DNA from: Zygnema circumcarinatum SAG 698-1b
Lineage: Eukaryota; Plantae; Zygnematophyceae
Length of the DNA: 64,000 nt
Direction of reading: 5' to 3'
Assembly (NCBI GenBank): GCA_037447605.1
Contig: CM074808.1
Location: forward strand, 1,426,001-1,490,000
Shown here: positions 62,451-64,000 of the stretch, piece by piece
Numbering within the stretch: the first letter of the stretch is position 1
Layout of the letters: each line of letters begins with the position of its first letter
The notes under the pieces: generated by a model
Told to the model about the DNA's origin: nothing
The model's database searches: none
The model's input: only the letters and a program-made list of their open reading frames with translations
Program-made: the position numbers and the translations under genes

Positions 62451-64000
62451 AGCTTTCGCCCTTACAAAGCACCACTGAGCAGTACTCAGCCCCTCTCCTC
62501 CCTGTCGCCTCCCTCCCTCCTCTCCCTTCCTCCTCTCCCTCTCTCCCTCTCCCTCCCTTCTCTCCCTCTCCTTCCCTCCCTCGCGAGCCTGCACTGCTAC
62601 CAAGAGCCTACCGGTTCCACGAAAATAGGAGGCGGGCCGCTCGCAGGATCCAGCAGGTCCGGCGGCCACGCGCAATGAGTCGACTTCGAGCCGAGTCGAG
62701 ATCTGCTCGATTTCACGTTTTTGAGCTCGCCGTTTGACTCGGGAGCGTTTCGCGAGGCGCAAGGGCAGAGAGTCAAAAACTCAGCGCCTGGACCTAAAGG
62801 CCTGACCTCCCTCAAATCGTCGACGACACCAATGAGAGATTGACACGCCAAAGAATTTTCAGAGGACGAGTGCCAATTGGATAGGATCGAAAAATGCTTG
62901 AAGTGAGTTGAGTTGAGACCGAGCAGAACTCGCCTCGACCGCCATGAACTGGCCCGCCACGTGGCAGATCGCAATCTCGCGAAGCCGCCAGCGCGGACCG
63001 GCCACACGTGCGGCCAATCCCGCCGCTCGTCTTGATTCTGCGCGCGAGGGCGTTCATACGGAAGATCCGTACGTCCGTATCCGTCGTTGTGTGGAGATTT
63101 CGTTCACACGGGCGGTGACAATGTGAGCTCGTCGTTGTCTCTACCGACCTCGACCCACAAGGTTTGAAAATGTCGGACAACATTTTGCCGCTTTAGCTTT
63201 AGCTGCCTTCATGTTGTAACATTGCTAATTGCCTCCGAGCTGCTTTGGGCGATGCCCACGGCTGGCCTCCTCTAGTGCCCAGGCTCGTGCTCCCCCGTTT
63301 TATTTCCTGGATGTTGAGTCCGTCCCGCGTATCCAGTCCATATGTTTGGAAGGGGTATTTGCCGTTGGTTACTCTCCCCTCGTTGTGTTTGTGGTCGCTT
63401 GATTAACGCATCCATCTTCTTCACTGTGCACACGGCGGTGATACATTTTGGCTCATAGTGTTGTGCGCGACGCGATTGCCGCGGTGGTGTAGAAAGCGGG
63501 TGTTTCCTCGTGCAGCAAGCGCGCCGAACCCCATTGTTCCCCCTCGGCTGATCGCTTATGGGGAGTGAGGGGTCCGGCGTCCTTCGCGGCTGCTGCTAGA
63601 GCCGTGTTGGTTGGCCCTCGAAGCACAGTTCCGCGCGTGGATTTTTCCTTCGTCCCTGGGTCATTACTCTGTGGCTGGCTCCCCTTGGCTCCCCATGTTG
63701 TGTTGCTTTTGTCCGTGGACATTTCATGGACCGCCATCGTGAAGCCAATGCCATCTCCATCTCACAACATGTAAATAATTGCCACCGTCAAATGGGCAAC
63801 ACAGGAAGGGCGTTGGAGACTTGGAGGCGCTTGTCGTATCCAAACTTCCAAACTGCCAATGGCCGCCTCTAGTACGGTGGGCCCTGCGGCGCAAATTGAC
63901 GCTGCCGGCCGTACGGCGTTGACTGGCGGGTACAGCGGTTAAGACGGCCTTTTTGTCCTCTACGAACGACCGGAAGATAACGACTTCAGCCGGTTCCCGT

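Noticed and set aside
61899-62762. 100-codon open frame upstream of the DCC ATG as a non-AUG extension
   Set aside because: The purine-rich microsatellite leader lacks stops by composition; its translation is low-complexity E/R/G.

Overview
Nuclear DNA from an intron-rich green-plant (streptophyte) genome, probably a streptophyte alga or early-diverging land plant; the species cannot be fixed from sequence alone. Nine spliced protein-coding genes were assembled by hand from splice sites, exon phase and remembered family motifs: a BK/Slo-type K+ channel (-, 3' end runs off the window start), Mn-dependent ADP-ribose/CDP-alcohol diphosphatase (+), an alpha/beta-hydrolase (-), a probably non-catalytic plastid M16B peptidase (+), NOT2 (+), importin-alpha (+), a type II membrane glycosyltransferase-like protein with an unrecognised C-terminal half (-), mRNA cap guanine-N7 methyltransferase (-) and UVH3/XPG (+). 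There is also a tRNA-Leu(CAA) (-) and a tenth protein-coding gene, a DCC-family thioredoxin-like protein (-). Between the hydrolase and M16 genes (about 13.8-20.0 kb) lies a transposon island of scrambled Ty1/copia remnants followed by a stacked cluster of MITEs. A 10-N gap sits in a poly-C run at 26.5 kb. Most notable: the GT-like two-domain gene, an in-frame Q/E-rich leader of the BK channel interrupted by four TAG codons, the BK channel itself, the end-to-end MITE stack, and a nearly intronless cap methyltransferase among intron-dense genes. All family assignments rest on recalled motifs; no database search was run.
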